The position numbers and the translations under genes were made by a program. Shown in pieces: positions 39,801 through 53,500 of a stretch of 64,000 nucleotides of DNA (within the stretch, counting starts at the first letter, position 1; each line of letters opens with the position of its first letter). The notes under the pieces are model-generated. The model was not told where the DNA came from. It made no database searches and saw nothing but the letters and a program-made list of their open reading frames with translations. This DNA is from Gordius albopunctatus. Taxonomy: Eukaryota. The DNA lies in assembly GCA_964276515.1 (NCBI GenBank), contig OZ193909.1, forward strand, positions 10,292,001 through 10,356,000, read 5' to 3'.

Positions 39801-41500
39801 ATGAATATGGTTTAATGGAAATAATTTTAAATATTTTGAGCTAAAAAACGATATTTTTTGTTATTTTATGTAAAAGAGCTTGAAAAAATATGTAAAAGTA
39901 AGCTAATTTGAGATTCATATTAATCTCGATCGACTCCTTATAAGAAGTTTTAATCTGCGAAAACTATTATTTTGAGGAAAGACAACGTTATATTGTTGCG
40001 ATTAGTTTGTTTCATCACGACGAGAGTGCTGAATTTTTGAAACATGTTATATGCGATGATTATTTCAAAGTAATAGTTATCTAATTGTGATAAATTTTTA
40101 CTTCTTATCATGAAAATCACGTCTGAAAATAACAACTTTCATCGGATGAATATGGTTTAATGGAAATAATTTTAAATATTTTGAGCTGAAAAATATATTT
40201 TTTGTTATTTTGTGTAAAAGAGCTTGAAAAAATATATAAAAGTAAGCTAATTTTAGATTCCTATTGATCTCGATCGACTCCTTATAAGAAGTTTTAAGCT
40301 GCGAGAACTATCATTTTGAGGAAAGACAACGTTATATTGTTGCGATTAGTTTGTTTAATCGCGACGAGAGTGCTGAATTTTTGAAACATGCTATATGCGA
40401 TGATTATTTCAAAGTAATAGTTATCTAATTGTGATAAATTTTTACTTCTTATCATGAAAATCACGTCTGAAAATTACAACTTTCATCGGATGAATATGGT
40501 TTAATGGAAATAATTTTAAATATTTTGAGCTAAAAAACGATATTTTTTGTTATTTTATGTAAAAGAGCTTGAAAAAATATGTAAAAGTAAGCTAATTTGA
40601 GATTCATATTAATCTCGATCGACTCCTTATAAGAAGTTTTAATCTGCGAAAACTATTATTTTGAGGAAAGACAACGTTATATTGTTGCGATTAGTTTGTT
40701 TCATCGCGACGAGAGTGCTGAATTTTTGAAACATGTTATATGCGATGATTATTTCAAAGTAATAGTTATCTAATTGTGATAAATTTTTACTTCTTATCAT
40801 GAAAATCACGTCTGAAAATAACAACTTTCATCGGATGAATATGGTTTAATGGAAATAATTTTAAATATTTTGAGCTGAAAAATATATTTTTTGTTATTTT
40901 GTGTAAAAGAGCCTGAAAAAATATATAAAAGTATGCTAATTTGAGATTCCTATTAATCTCGATCGACTCCTTATAAGAAGTTTTAAGCTGCGAGTACTAT
41001 CATTTTGAGGAAAGACAACGTTATATTGTTGCGATTAGTTTGTTTCATCGCGACGAGAGTGCTGAATTTTTGAAACATGCTATATGCGATGATTATTTCA
41101 AAGTAATAGTTATCTAATTGTGATAAATTTTTACTTCTTATCATGAAAATCACGTCTGAAAATAACAACTTTCATCGGATGAATATGGTTTAATGGAAAT
41201 AATTTTAAATATTTTGAGCTGAAAAATATATTTTTTGTTATTTTGTGTAAAAGAGCTTGAAAAAATATATAAAAGTATGCTAATTTGAGATTCATATTAA
41301 TCTCGATCGACTCCTTATAAGAAGTTTTAAGCTGCGAGAACTATCATTTTGAGGAAAGACAACGTTATATTGTTGCGATTAGTTTGTTTCATCGCGACGA
41401 GAGTGCTGAATTTTTGAAACATGCTATATGCGATGATTATTTCAAAGTAATAGTTATCTAATTGTAATAAATTTTTACTTCTTATGAAAATCACGTCTGA
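24810..41500. repeat. Domain C: 343-345-bp monomers with domain-enriched variants, containing 6172-bp and 3443-bp offset duplications
   Basis: Variants agagcctgaa, gcgagtacta, catgttatat, gaaaattacaac and ttttagattcctattgat. ORF-track variants recur at +6172 (24828->31000, 26881->33053, 28614->34786) and +3443 (34442->37885, 35474->38917). Confidence 0.88.
29285..30981. repeat. Islet of domain-B-type monomers (338, 345, 338, 338, 338 bp)
   Basis: Carries the 7-bp deletion and B-specific variants (attctttatagac, tattgtggcgat, ggaaacaatttt) matching 23451-24810 and 16733-17070. Confidence 0.92.
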
Positions 41501-41509
41501 AAATAACAA

Positions 41510-44500
41510 CTTTCATCGGATGAATATGGTTTAATGGAAATAATTTTAAATATTTTGAGCTGAAAAATATATTTTTTGTTATTTTGTGTAAAAGAGCTTG
41601 AAAAAATATATAAAAGTATGCTAATTTGAGATTCATATTAATCTCGATCGACTCCTTATAAGAAGTTTTAAGCTGCGAGAACTATCATTTTGAGGAAAGA
41701 CAACGTTATATTGTTGCGATTAGTTTGTTTCATCGCGACGAGAGTGCTGAATTTTTGAAACATGCTATATGCGATGATTATTTCAAAGTAATAGTTATCT
41801 AATTGTGATAAATTTTTACTTCTTATGATGGAATACACGTCTGAAAATAACAACTTTCTTCGGATGAATATGGTTTAATGGAAATAATTTTAAATATTTT
41901 GAGCTGAAAAATATATTTTTTGTTATTTTGTGTAAAAGAGCTTGAAAAAATATATAAAAGTAAGCTAATTTTAGATTCCTATTGATCTCGATCGACTCCT
42001 TATAAGAAGTTTTAAGCTGCGAGAACTATCATTTTGAGGAAAGACAACGTTATATTGTTGCGATTAGTTTGTTTCATCGCGACGAGAGTGCTGAATTTTT
42101 GAAACATGCTATATGCGATGATTATTTCAAAGTAATAGTTATCTAATTGTGATAAATTTTTACTTCTTATCATGAAAATCACGTCTGAAAATAACAACTT
42201 TCATCGGATGAATATGGTTTAATGGAAATAATTTTAAATATTTTGAGCTGAAAAATATATTTTTTGTTATTTTGTGTAAAAGAGCTTGAAAAAATATATA
42301 AAAGTAAGCTAATTTTAGATTCCTATTGATCTCGATCGACTCCTTATAAGAAGTTTTAAGCTGCGAGAACTATCATTTTGAGGAAAGACAACGTTATATT
42401 GTTGCGATTAGTTTGTTTCATCGCGACGAGACTGCTGAATTTTTGAAACATGCTATATGCGATGATTATTTCAAAGTAATAGTTATCTAATTGTGATAAA
42501 TTTTTACTTCTTATCATGAAAATCACGTCTGAAAATTACAACTTTCATCGGATGAATATGGTTTAATGGAAATAATTTTAAATATTTTGAGCTGAAAAAT
42601 ATATTTTTTGTTATTTTATGTAAAAGAGCTTGAAAAAATATATAAAAGTAAGCTAATTTGAGATTCCTATTAATCTCGATCGACTCCTTATAAGAAGTTT
42701 TAAGCTGCGAGAACTATCATTTTGAGGAAAGACAACGTTATATTGTTGCGATTAGTTTGTTTCATCGCGACGAGAGTGCTGAATTTTTGAAACATGCTAT
42801 ATGCGATGATTATTTCAAAGTAATAGTTATCTAATTGTGATAAATTTTTACTTCTTATCATGAAAATCACGTCTGAAAATAACAACTTTCATCGGATGAA
42901 TATGGTTTAATGGAAATAATTTTAAATATTTTGAGCTGAAAAATATATTTTTTGTTATTTTGTGTAAAAGAGCTTGAAAAAATATATAAAAGTATGCTAA
43001 TTTGAGATTCCTATTAATCTCGATCGACTCCTTATAAGAAGTTTTAATCTGCGAAAACTATCATTTTGAGGAAAGACAACGTTATATTGTTGCGATTAAT
43101 TTGTTTCATCGCGACGAGAGTGCTGAATTTTTGAAACATGCTATATGCGATGATTATTTCAAAGTAATAGTTATCTAATTGTGATAAATTTTTACTTCTT
43201 ATCATGAAAATCACGTCTGAAAATAACAACTTTCATCGGATGAATATGGTTTAATGGAAATAATTTTAAATATTTTGAGTTGAAAAATATATTTTTAGTT
43301 ATTTTGTGTAAAAGAGCTTGAAAAAATATATAAAAGTATGCTAATTTGAGATTCCTATTAATCTCGATCGACTCCTTATAAGAAGTTTTAAGCTGCGAGA
43401 ACTATCATTTTGAGGAAAGACAACGTTATATTGTTGCGATTAGTTTGTTTCATCGCGACGAGAGTGCTGAATTTTTGAAACATGTTATATGCGATGATTA
43501 TTTCAAAGTAATAGTTATCTAATTGTGATAAATTTTTACTTCTTATCATGGAATACACGTCTGAAAATAATAACTTTCATCGGATGAATATGGTTTAATG
43601 GAAATAATTTTAAATATTTTGAGTTGAAAAATATATTTTTAGTTATTTTGTGTAAAAGAGCTTGAAAAAATATATAAAAGTATGCTAATTTGAGATTCCT
43701 ATTAATCTAGATCGACTCCTTATAAGAAGTCTTAAGCTGCGAGAACTATCATTTTGAGGAAAGACAACGTTATATTGTTGCGATTAGTTTGTTTCATCGC
43801 GACGAGAGTGCTGAATTTTTGAAACATGCTATATGCGATGATTATTTCAAAGTAATAGTTATCTAATTGTGATAAATTTTTACTTCTTATCATGAAAATC
43901 ACGTCTGAAAATAACAACTTTCATCGGATGAATATGGTTTAATGGAAATAATTTTAAATATTTTGAGCTGAAAAATATATTTTTTGTTATTTTGTGTAAA
44001 AGAGCTTGAAAAAATATATAAAAGTATGCTAATTTGAGATTCCTATTAATCTCGATCGACTCCTTATAAGAAGTTTTAATCTGCGAAAACTATCATTTTG
44101 AGGAAAGACAACGTTATATTGTTGCGATTAATTTGTTTCATCGCGACGAGAGTGCTGAATTTTTGAAACATGCTATATGCGATGATTATTTCAAAGTAAT
44201 AGTTATCTAATTGTGATAAATTTTTACTTCTTATCATGAAAATCACGTCTGAAAATAACAACTTTCATCGGATGAATATGGTTTAATGGAAATAATTTTA
44301 AATATTTTGAGTTGAAAAATATATTTTTAGTTATTTTGTGTAAAAGAGCTTGAAAAAATATATAAAAGTATGCTAATTTGAGATTCCTATTAATCTCGAT
44401 CGACTCCTTATAAGAAGTTTTAAGCTGCGAGAACTATCATTTTGAGGAAAGACAACGTTATATTGTTGCGATTAGTTTGTTTCATCGCGACGAGAGTGCT

Positions 44501-47500
44501 GAATTTTTGAAACATGCTATATGCGATGATTATTTCAAAGTAATAGTTATCTAATTGTGATAAATTTTTACTTCTTATCATGAAAATCACGTCTGAAAAT
44601 AACAACTTTCATCGGATGAATATGGTTTAATGGAAATAATTTTAAATATTTTGAGTTGAAAAATATATTTTTAGTTATTTTGTGTAAAAGAGCTTGAAAA
44701 AATATATAAAAGTATGCTAATTTGAGATTCATATTAATCTCGATCGACTCCTTATAAGAAGTTTTAAGCTGCGAGAACTATCATTTTGAGGAAAGACAAC
44801 GTTATATTGTTGCGATTAGTTTGTTTCATCGCGACGAGAGTGCTGAATTTTTGAAACATGCTATATGCGATGATTATTTCAAAGTAATAGTTATCTAATT
44901 GTGATAAATTTTTACTTCTTATGATGGAATACACGTCTGAAAATAACAACTTTCTTCGGATGAATATGGTTTAATGGAAATAATTTTAAATATTTTGAGC
45001 TGAAAAATATATTTTTTGTTATTTTGTGTAAAAGAGCTTGAAAAAATATATAAAAGTATGCTAATTTGAGATTCCTATTAATCTCGATCGACTCCTTATA
45101 AGAAGTTTTAATCTGCGAAAACTATCATTTTGAGGAAAGACAACGTTATATTGTTGCGATTAATTTGTTTCATCGCGACGAGAGTGCTGAATTTTTGAAA
45201 CATGCTATATGCGATGATTATTTCAAAGTAATAGTTATCTAATTGTGATAAATTTTTACTTCTTATCATGAAAATCACGTCTGAAAATAACAACTTTCAT
45301 CGGATGAATATGGTTTAATGGAAATAATTTTAAATATTTTGAGTTGAAAAATATATTTTTAGTTATTTTGTGTAAAAGAGCTTGAAAAAATATATAAAAG
45401 TATGCTAATTTGAGATTCCTATTAATCTCGATCGACTCCTTATAAGAAGTTTTAAGCTGCGAGAACTATCATTTTGAGGAAAGACAACGTTATATTGTTG
45501 CGATTAGTTTGTTTCATCGCGACGAGAGTGCTGAATTTTTGAAACATGCTATATGCGATGATTATTTCAAAGTAATAGTTATCTAATTGTGATAAATTTT
45601 TACTTCTTATCATGAAAATCACGTCTGAAAATAACAACTTTCATCGGATGAATATGGTTTAATGGAAATAATTTTAAATATTTTGAGCTGAAAAATATAT
45701 TTTTTGTTATTTTGTGTAAAAGAGCTTGAAAAAATATATAAAAGTATGCTAATTTGAGATTCATATTAATCTCGATCGACTCCTTATAAGAAGTTTTAAG
45801 CTGCGAGAACTATCATTTTGAGGAAAGACAACGTTATATTGTTGCGATTAGTTTGTTTCATCGCGACGAGAGTGCTGAATTTTTGAAACATGCTATATGC
45901 GATGATTATTTCAAAGTAATAGTTATCTAATTGTGATAAATTTTTACTTCTTATGATGGAATACACGTCTGAAAATAACAACTTTCTTCGGATGAATATG
46001 GTTTAATGGAAATAATTTTAAATATTTTGAGCTGAAAAATATATTTTTTGTTATTTTGTGTAAAAGAGCTTGAAAAAATATATAAAAGTAAGCTAATTTT
46101 AGATTCCTATTGATCTCGATCGACTCCTTATAAGAAGTTTTAAGCTGCGAGAACTATCATTTTGAGGAAAGACAACGTTATATTGTTGCGATTAATTTGT
46201 TTCATCGCGACGAGAGTGCTGAATTTTTGAAACATGCTATATGCGATGATTATTTCAAAGTAATAGTTATCTAATTGTGATAAATTTTTACTTCTTATCA
46301 TGAAAATCACGTCTGAAAATAACAACTTTCATCGGATGAATATGGTTTAATGGAAATAATTTTAAATATTTTGAGTTGAAAAATATATTTTTAGTTATTT
46401 TGTGTAAAAGAGCTTGAAAAAATATATAAAAGTATGCTAATTTGAGATTCCTATTAATCTCGATCGACTCCTTATAAGAAGTTTTAAGCTGCGAGAACTA
46501 TCATTTTGAGGAAAGACAACGTTATATTGTTGCGATTAGTTTGTTTCATCGCGACGAGAGTGCTGAATTTTTGAAACATGCTATATGCGATGATTATTTC
46601 AAAGTAATAGTTATCTAATTGTGATAAATTTTTACTTCTTATCATGAAAATCACGTCTGAAAATAACAACTTTCATCGGATGAATATGGTTTAATGGAAA
46701 TAATTTTAAATATTTTGAGCTGAAAAATATATTTTTTGTTATTTTGTGTAAAAGAGCTTGAAAAAATATATAAAAGTAAGCTAATTTTAGATTCCTATTG
46801 ATCTCGATCGACTCCTTATAAGAAGTTTTAAGCTGCGAGAACTATCATTTTGAGGAAAGACAACGTTATATTGTTGCGATTAGTTTGTTTCATCGCGACG
46901 AGAGTGCTGAATTTTTGAAACATGCTATATGCGATGATTATTTCAAAGTAATAGTTATCTAATTGTGATAAATTTTTACTTCTTATCATGAAAATCACGT
47001 CTGAAAATAACAACTTTCATCGGATGAATATGGTTTAATGGAAATAATTTTAAATATTTTGAGCTGAAAAATATATTTTTTGTTATTTTGTGTAAAAGAG
47101 CTTGAAAAAATATATAAAAGTATGCTAATTTGAGATTCATATTAATCTCGATCGACTCCTTATAAGAAGTTTTAAGCTGCGAGAACTATCATTTTGAGGA
47201 AAGACAACGTTATATTGTTGCGATTAGTTTGTTTCATCGCGACGAGAGTGCTGAATTTTTGAAACATGCTATATGCGATGATTATTTCAAAGTAATAGTT
47301 ATCTAATTGTGATAAATTTTTACTTCTTATGATGGAATACACGTCTGAAAATAACAACTTTCTTCGGATGAATATGGTTTAATGGAAATAATTTTAAATA
47401 TTTTGAGCTGAAAAATATATTTTTTGTTATTTTGTGTAAAAGAGCTTGAAAAAATATATAAAAGTAAGCTAATTTTAGATTCCTATTGATCTCGATCGAC

Positions 47501-50500
47501 TCCTTATAAGAAGTTTTAAGCTGCGAGAACTATCATTTTGAGGAAAGACAACGTTATATTGTTGCGATTAGTTTGTTTCATCGCGACGAGAGTGCTGAAT
47601 TTTTGAAACATGCTATATGCGATGATTATTTCAAAGTAATAGTTATCTAATTGTGATAAATTTTTACTTCTTATCATGAAAATCACGTCTGAAAATAACA
47701 ACTTTCATCGGATGAATATGGTTTAATGGAAATAATTTTAAATATTTTGAGCTGAAAAATATATTTTTTGTTATTTTGTGTAAAAGAGCTTGAAAAAATA
47801 TATAAAAGTAAGCTAATTTTAGATTCCTATTGATCTCGATCGACTCCTTATAAGAAGTTTTAAGCTGCGAGAACTATCATTTTGAGGAAAGACAACGTTA
47901 TATTGTTGCGATTAGTTTGTTTCATCGCGACGAGAGTGCTGAATTTTTGAAACATGCTATATGCGATGATTATTTCAAAGTAATAGTTATCTAATTGTGA
48001 TAAATTTTTACTTCTTATCATGAAAATCACGTCTGAAAATAACAACTTTCATCGGATGAATATGGTTTAATGGAAATAATTTTAAATATTTTGAGCTGAA
48101 AAATATATTTTTTGTTATTTTGTGTAAAAGAGCTTGAAAAAATATATAAAAGTATGCTAATTTGAGATTCCTATTAATCTCGATCGACTCCTTATAAGAA
48201 GTTTTAATCTGCGAAAACTATCATTTTGAGGAAAGACAACGTTATATTGTTGCGATTAATTTGTTTCATCGCGACGAGAGTGCTGAATTTTTGAAACATG
48301 CTATATGCGATGATTATTTCAAAGTAATAGTTATCTAATTGTGATAAATTTTTACTTCTTATCATGAAAATCACGTCTGAAAATAACAACTTTCATCGGA
48401 TGAATATGGTTTAATGGAAATAATTTTAAATATTTTGAGTTGAAAAATATATTTTTAGTTATTTTGTGTAAAAGAGCTTGAAAAAATATATAAAAGTATG
48501 CTAATTTGAGATTCCTATTAATCTCGATCGACTCCTTATAAGAAGTTTTAAGCTGCGAGAACTATCATTTTGAGGAAAGACAACGTTATATTGTTGCGAT
48601 TAGTTTGTTTCATCGCGACGAGAGTGCTGAATTTTTGAAACATGCTATATGCGATGATTATTTCAAAGTAATAGTTATCTAATTGTGATAAATTTTTACT
48701 TCTTATCATGAAAATCACGTCTGAAAATAACAACTTTCATCGGATGAATATGGTTTAATGGAAATAATTTTAAATATTTTGAGCTGAAAAATATATTTTT
48801 TGTTATTTTGTGTAAAAGAGCTTGAAAAAATATATAAAAGTATGCTAATTTGAGATTCATATTAATCTCGATCGACTCCTTATAAGAAGTTTTAAGCTGC
48901 GAGAACTATCATTTTGAGGAAAGACAACGTTATATTGTTGCGATTAGTTTGTTTCATCGCGACGAGAGTGCTGAATTTTTGAAACATGCTATATGCGATG
49001 ATTATTTCAAAGTAATAGTTATCTAATTGTGATAAATTTTTACTTCTTATGATGGAATACACGTCTGAAAATAACAACTTTCTTCGGATGAATATGGTTT
49101 AATGGAAATAATTTTAAATATTTTGAGCTGAAAAATATATTTTTTGTTATTTTGTGTAAAAGAGCTTGAAAAAATATATAAAAGTAAGCTAATTTTAGAT
49201 TCCTATTGATCTCGATCGACTCCTTATAAGAAGTTTTAAGCTGCGAGAACTATCATTTTGAGGAAAGACAACGTTATATTGTTGCGATTAGTTTGTTTCA
49301 TCGCGACGAGAGTGCTGAATTTTTGAAACATGCTATATGCGATGATTATTTCAAAGTAATAGTTATCTAATTGTGATAAATTTTTACTTCTTATCATGAA
49401 AATCACGTCTGAAAATAACAACTTTCATCGGATGAATATGGTTTAATGGAAATAATTTTAAATATTTTGAGCTGAAAAATATATTTTTTGTTATTTTGTG
49501 TAAAAGAGCTTGAAAAAATATATAAAAGTAAGCTAATTTTAGATTCCTATTGATCTCGATCGACTCCTTATAAGAAGTTTTAAGCTGCGAGAACTATCAT
49601 TTTGAGGAAAGACAACGTTATATTGTTGCGATTAGTTTGTTTCATCGCGACGAGAGTGCTGAATTTTTGAAACATGCTATATGCGATGATTATTTCAAAG
49701 TAATAGTTATCTAATTGTGATAAATTTTTACTTCTTATGATGGAATACACGTCTGAAAATAACAACTTTCTTCGGATGAATATGGTTTAATGGAAATAAT
49801 TTTAAATATTTTGAGCTGAAAAATATATTTTTTGTTATTTTGTGTAAAAGAGCTTGAAAAAATATATAAAAGTAAGCTAATTTTAGATTCCTATTGATCT
49901 CGATCGACTCCTTATAAGAAGTTTTAAGCTGCGAGAACTATCATTTTGAGGAAAGACAACGTTATATTGTTGCGATTAATTTGTTTCATCGCGACGAGAG
50001 TGCTGAATTTTTGAAACATGCTATATGCGATGATTATTTCAAAGTAATAGTTATCTAATTGTGATAAATTTTTACTTCTTATCATGAAAATCACGTCTGA
50101 AAATAACAACTTTCATCGGATGAATATGGTTTAATGGAAATAATTTTAAATATTTTGAGTTGAAAAATATATTTTTAGTTATTTTGTGTAAAAGAGCTTG
50201 AAAAAATATATAAAAGTATGCTAATTTGAGATTCCTATTAATCTCGATCGACTCCTTATAAGAAGTTTTAAGCTGCGAGAACTATCATTTTGAGGAAAGA
50301 CAACGTTATATTGTTGCGATTAGTTTGTTTCATCGCGACGAGAGTGCTGAATTTTTGAAACATGCTATATGCGATGATTATTTCAAAGTAATAGTTATCT
50401 AATTGTGATAAATTTTTACTTCTTATCATGAAAATCACGTCTGAAAATAACAACTTTCATCGGATGAATATGGTTTAATGGAAATAATTTTAAATATTTT

Positions 50501-53500
50501 GAGCTGAAAAATATATTTTTTGTTATTTTGTGTAAAAGAGCTTGAAAAAATATATAAAAGTAAGCTAATTTTAGATTCCTATTGATCTCGATCGACTCCT
50601 TATAAGAAGTTTTAAGCTGCGAGAACTATCATTTTGAGGAAAGACAACGTTATATTGTTGCGATTAGTTTGTTTCATCGCGACGAGAGTGCTGAATTTTT
50701 GAAACATGCTATATGCGATGATTATTTCAAAGTAATAGTTATCTAATTGTGATAAATTTTTACTTCTTATCATGAAAATCACGTCTGAAAATAACAACTT
50801 TCATCGGATGAATATGGTTTAATGGAAATAATTTTAAATATTTTGAGCTGAAAAATATATTTTTTGTTATTTTGTGTAAAAGAGCTTGAAAAAATATATA
50901 AAAGTATGCTAATTTGAGATTCATATTAATCTCGATCGACTCCTTATAAGAAGTTTTAAGCTGCGAGAACTATCATTTTGAGGAAAGACAACGTTATATT
51001 GTTGCGATTAGTTTGTTTCATCGCGACGAGAGTGCTGAATTTTTGAAACATGCTATATGCGATGATTATTTCAAAGTAATAGTTATCTAATTGTGATAAA
51101 TTTTTACTTCTTATGATGGAATACACGTCTGAAAATAACAACTTTCTTCGGATGAATATGGTTTAATGGAAATAATTTTAAATATTTTGAGCTGAAAAAT
51201 ATATTTTTTGTTATTTTGTGTAAAAGAGCTTGAAAAAATATATAAAAGTAAGCTAATTTTAGATTCCTATTGATCTCGATCGACTCCTTATAAGAAGTTT
51301 TAAGCTGCGAGAACTATCATTTTGAGGAAAGACAACGTTATATTGTTGCGATTAGTTTGTTTCATCGCGACGAGAGTGCTGAATTTTTGAAACATGCTAT
51401 ATGCGATGATTATTTCAAAGTAATAGTTATCTAATTGTGATAAATTTTTACTTCTTATCATGAAAATCACGTCTGAAAATAACAACTTTCATCGGATGAA
51501 TATGGTTTAATGGAAATAATTTTAAATATTTTGAGCTGAAAAATATATTTTTTGTTATTTTGTGTAAAAGAGCTTGAAAAAATATATAAAAGTAAGCTAA
51601 TTTTAGATTCCTATTGATCTCGATCGACTCCTTATAAGAAGTTTTAAGCTGCGAGAACTATCATTTTGAGGAAAGACAACGTTATATTGTTGCGATTAGT
51701 TTGTTTCATCGCGACGAGAGTGCTGAATTTTTGAAACATGCTATATGCGATGATTATTTCAAAGTAATAGTTATCTAATTGTGATAAATTTTTACTTCTT
51801 ATCATGAAAATCACGTCTGAAAATAACAACTTTCATCGGATGAATATGGTTTAATGGAAATAATTTTAAATATTTTGAGCTGAAAAATATATTTTTTGTT
51901 ATTTTGTGTAAAAGAGCTTGAAAAAATATATAAAAGTATGCTAATTTGAGATTCCTATTAATCTCGATCGACTCCTTATAAGAAGTTTTAATCTGCGAAA
52001 ACTATCATTTTGAGGAAAGACAACGTTATATTGTTGCGATTAATTTGTTTCATCGCGACGAGAGTGCTGAATTTTTGAAACATGCTATATGCGATGATTA
52101 TTTCAAAGTAATAGTTATCTAATTGTGATAAATTTTTACTTCTTATCATGAAAATCACGTCTGAAAATAACAACTTTCATCGGATGAATATGGTTTAATG
52201 GAAATAATTTTAAATATTTTGAGTTGAAAAATATATTTTTAGTTATTTTGTGTAAAAGAGCTTGAAAAAATATATAAAAGTATGCTAATTTGAGATTCCT
52301 ATTAATCTCGATCGACTCCTTATAAGAAGTTTTAAGCTGCGAGAACTATCATTTTGAGGAAAGACAACGTTATATTGTTGCGATTAGTTTGTTTCATCGC
52401 GACGAGAGTGCTGAATTTTTGAAACATGCTATATGCGATGATTATTTCAAAGTAATAGTTATCTAATTGTGATAAATTTTTACTTCTTATCATGAAAATC
52501 ACGTCTGAAAATAACAACTTTCATCGGATGAATATGGTTTAATGGAAATAATTTTAAATATTTTGAGCTGAAAAATATATTTTTTGTTATTTTGTGTAAA
52601 AGAGCTTGAAAAAATATATAAAAGTATGCTAATTTGAGATTCATATTAATCTCGATCGACTCCTTATAAGAAGTTTTAAGCTGCGAGAACTATCATTTTG
52701 AGGAAAGACAACGTTATATTGTTGCGATTAGTTTGTTTCATCGCGACGAGAGTGCTGAATTTTTGAAACATGCTATATGCGATGATTATTTCAAAGTAAT
52801 AGTTATCTAATTGTGATAAATTTTTACTTCTTATGATGGAATACACGTCTGAAAATAACAACTTTCTTCGGATGAATATGGTTTAATGGAAATAATTTTA
52901 AATATTTTGAGCTGAAAAATATATTTTTTGTTATTTTGTGTAAAAGAGCTTGAAAAAATATATAAAAGTAAGCTAATTTTAGATTCCTATTGATCTCGAT
53001 CGACTCCTTATAAGAAGTTTTAAGCTGCGAGAACTATCATTTTGAGGAAAGACAACGTTATATTGTTGCGATTAGTTTGTTTCATCGCGACGAGAGTGCT
53101 GAATTTTTGAAACATGCTATATGCGATGATTATTTCAAAGTAATAGTTATCTAATTGTGATAAATTTTTACTTCTTATCATGAAAATCACGTCTGAAAAT
53201 AACAACTTTCATCGGATGAATATGGTTTAATGGAAATAATTTTAAATATTTTGAGCTGAAAAATATATTTTTTGTTATTTTGTGTAAAAGAGCTTGAAAA
53301 AATATATAAAAGTAAGCTAATTTTAGATTCCTATTGATCTCGATCGACTCCTTATAAGAAGTTTTAAGCTGCGAGAACTATCATTTTGAGGAAAGACAAC
53401 GTTATATTGTTGCGATTAGTTTGTTTCATCGCGACGAGAGTGCTGAATTTTTGAAACATGCTATATGCGATGATTATTTCAAAGTAATAGTTATCTAATT

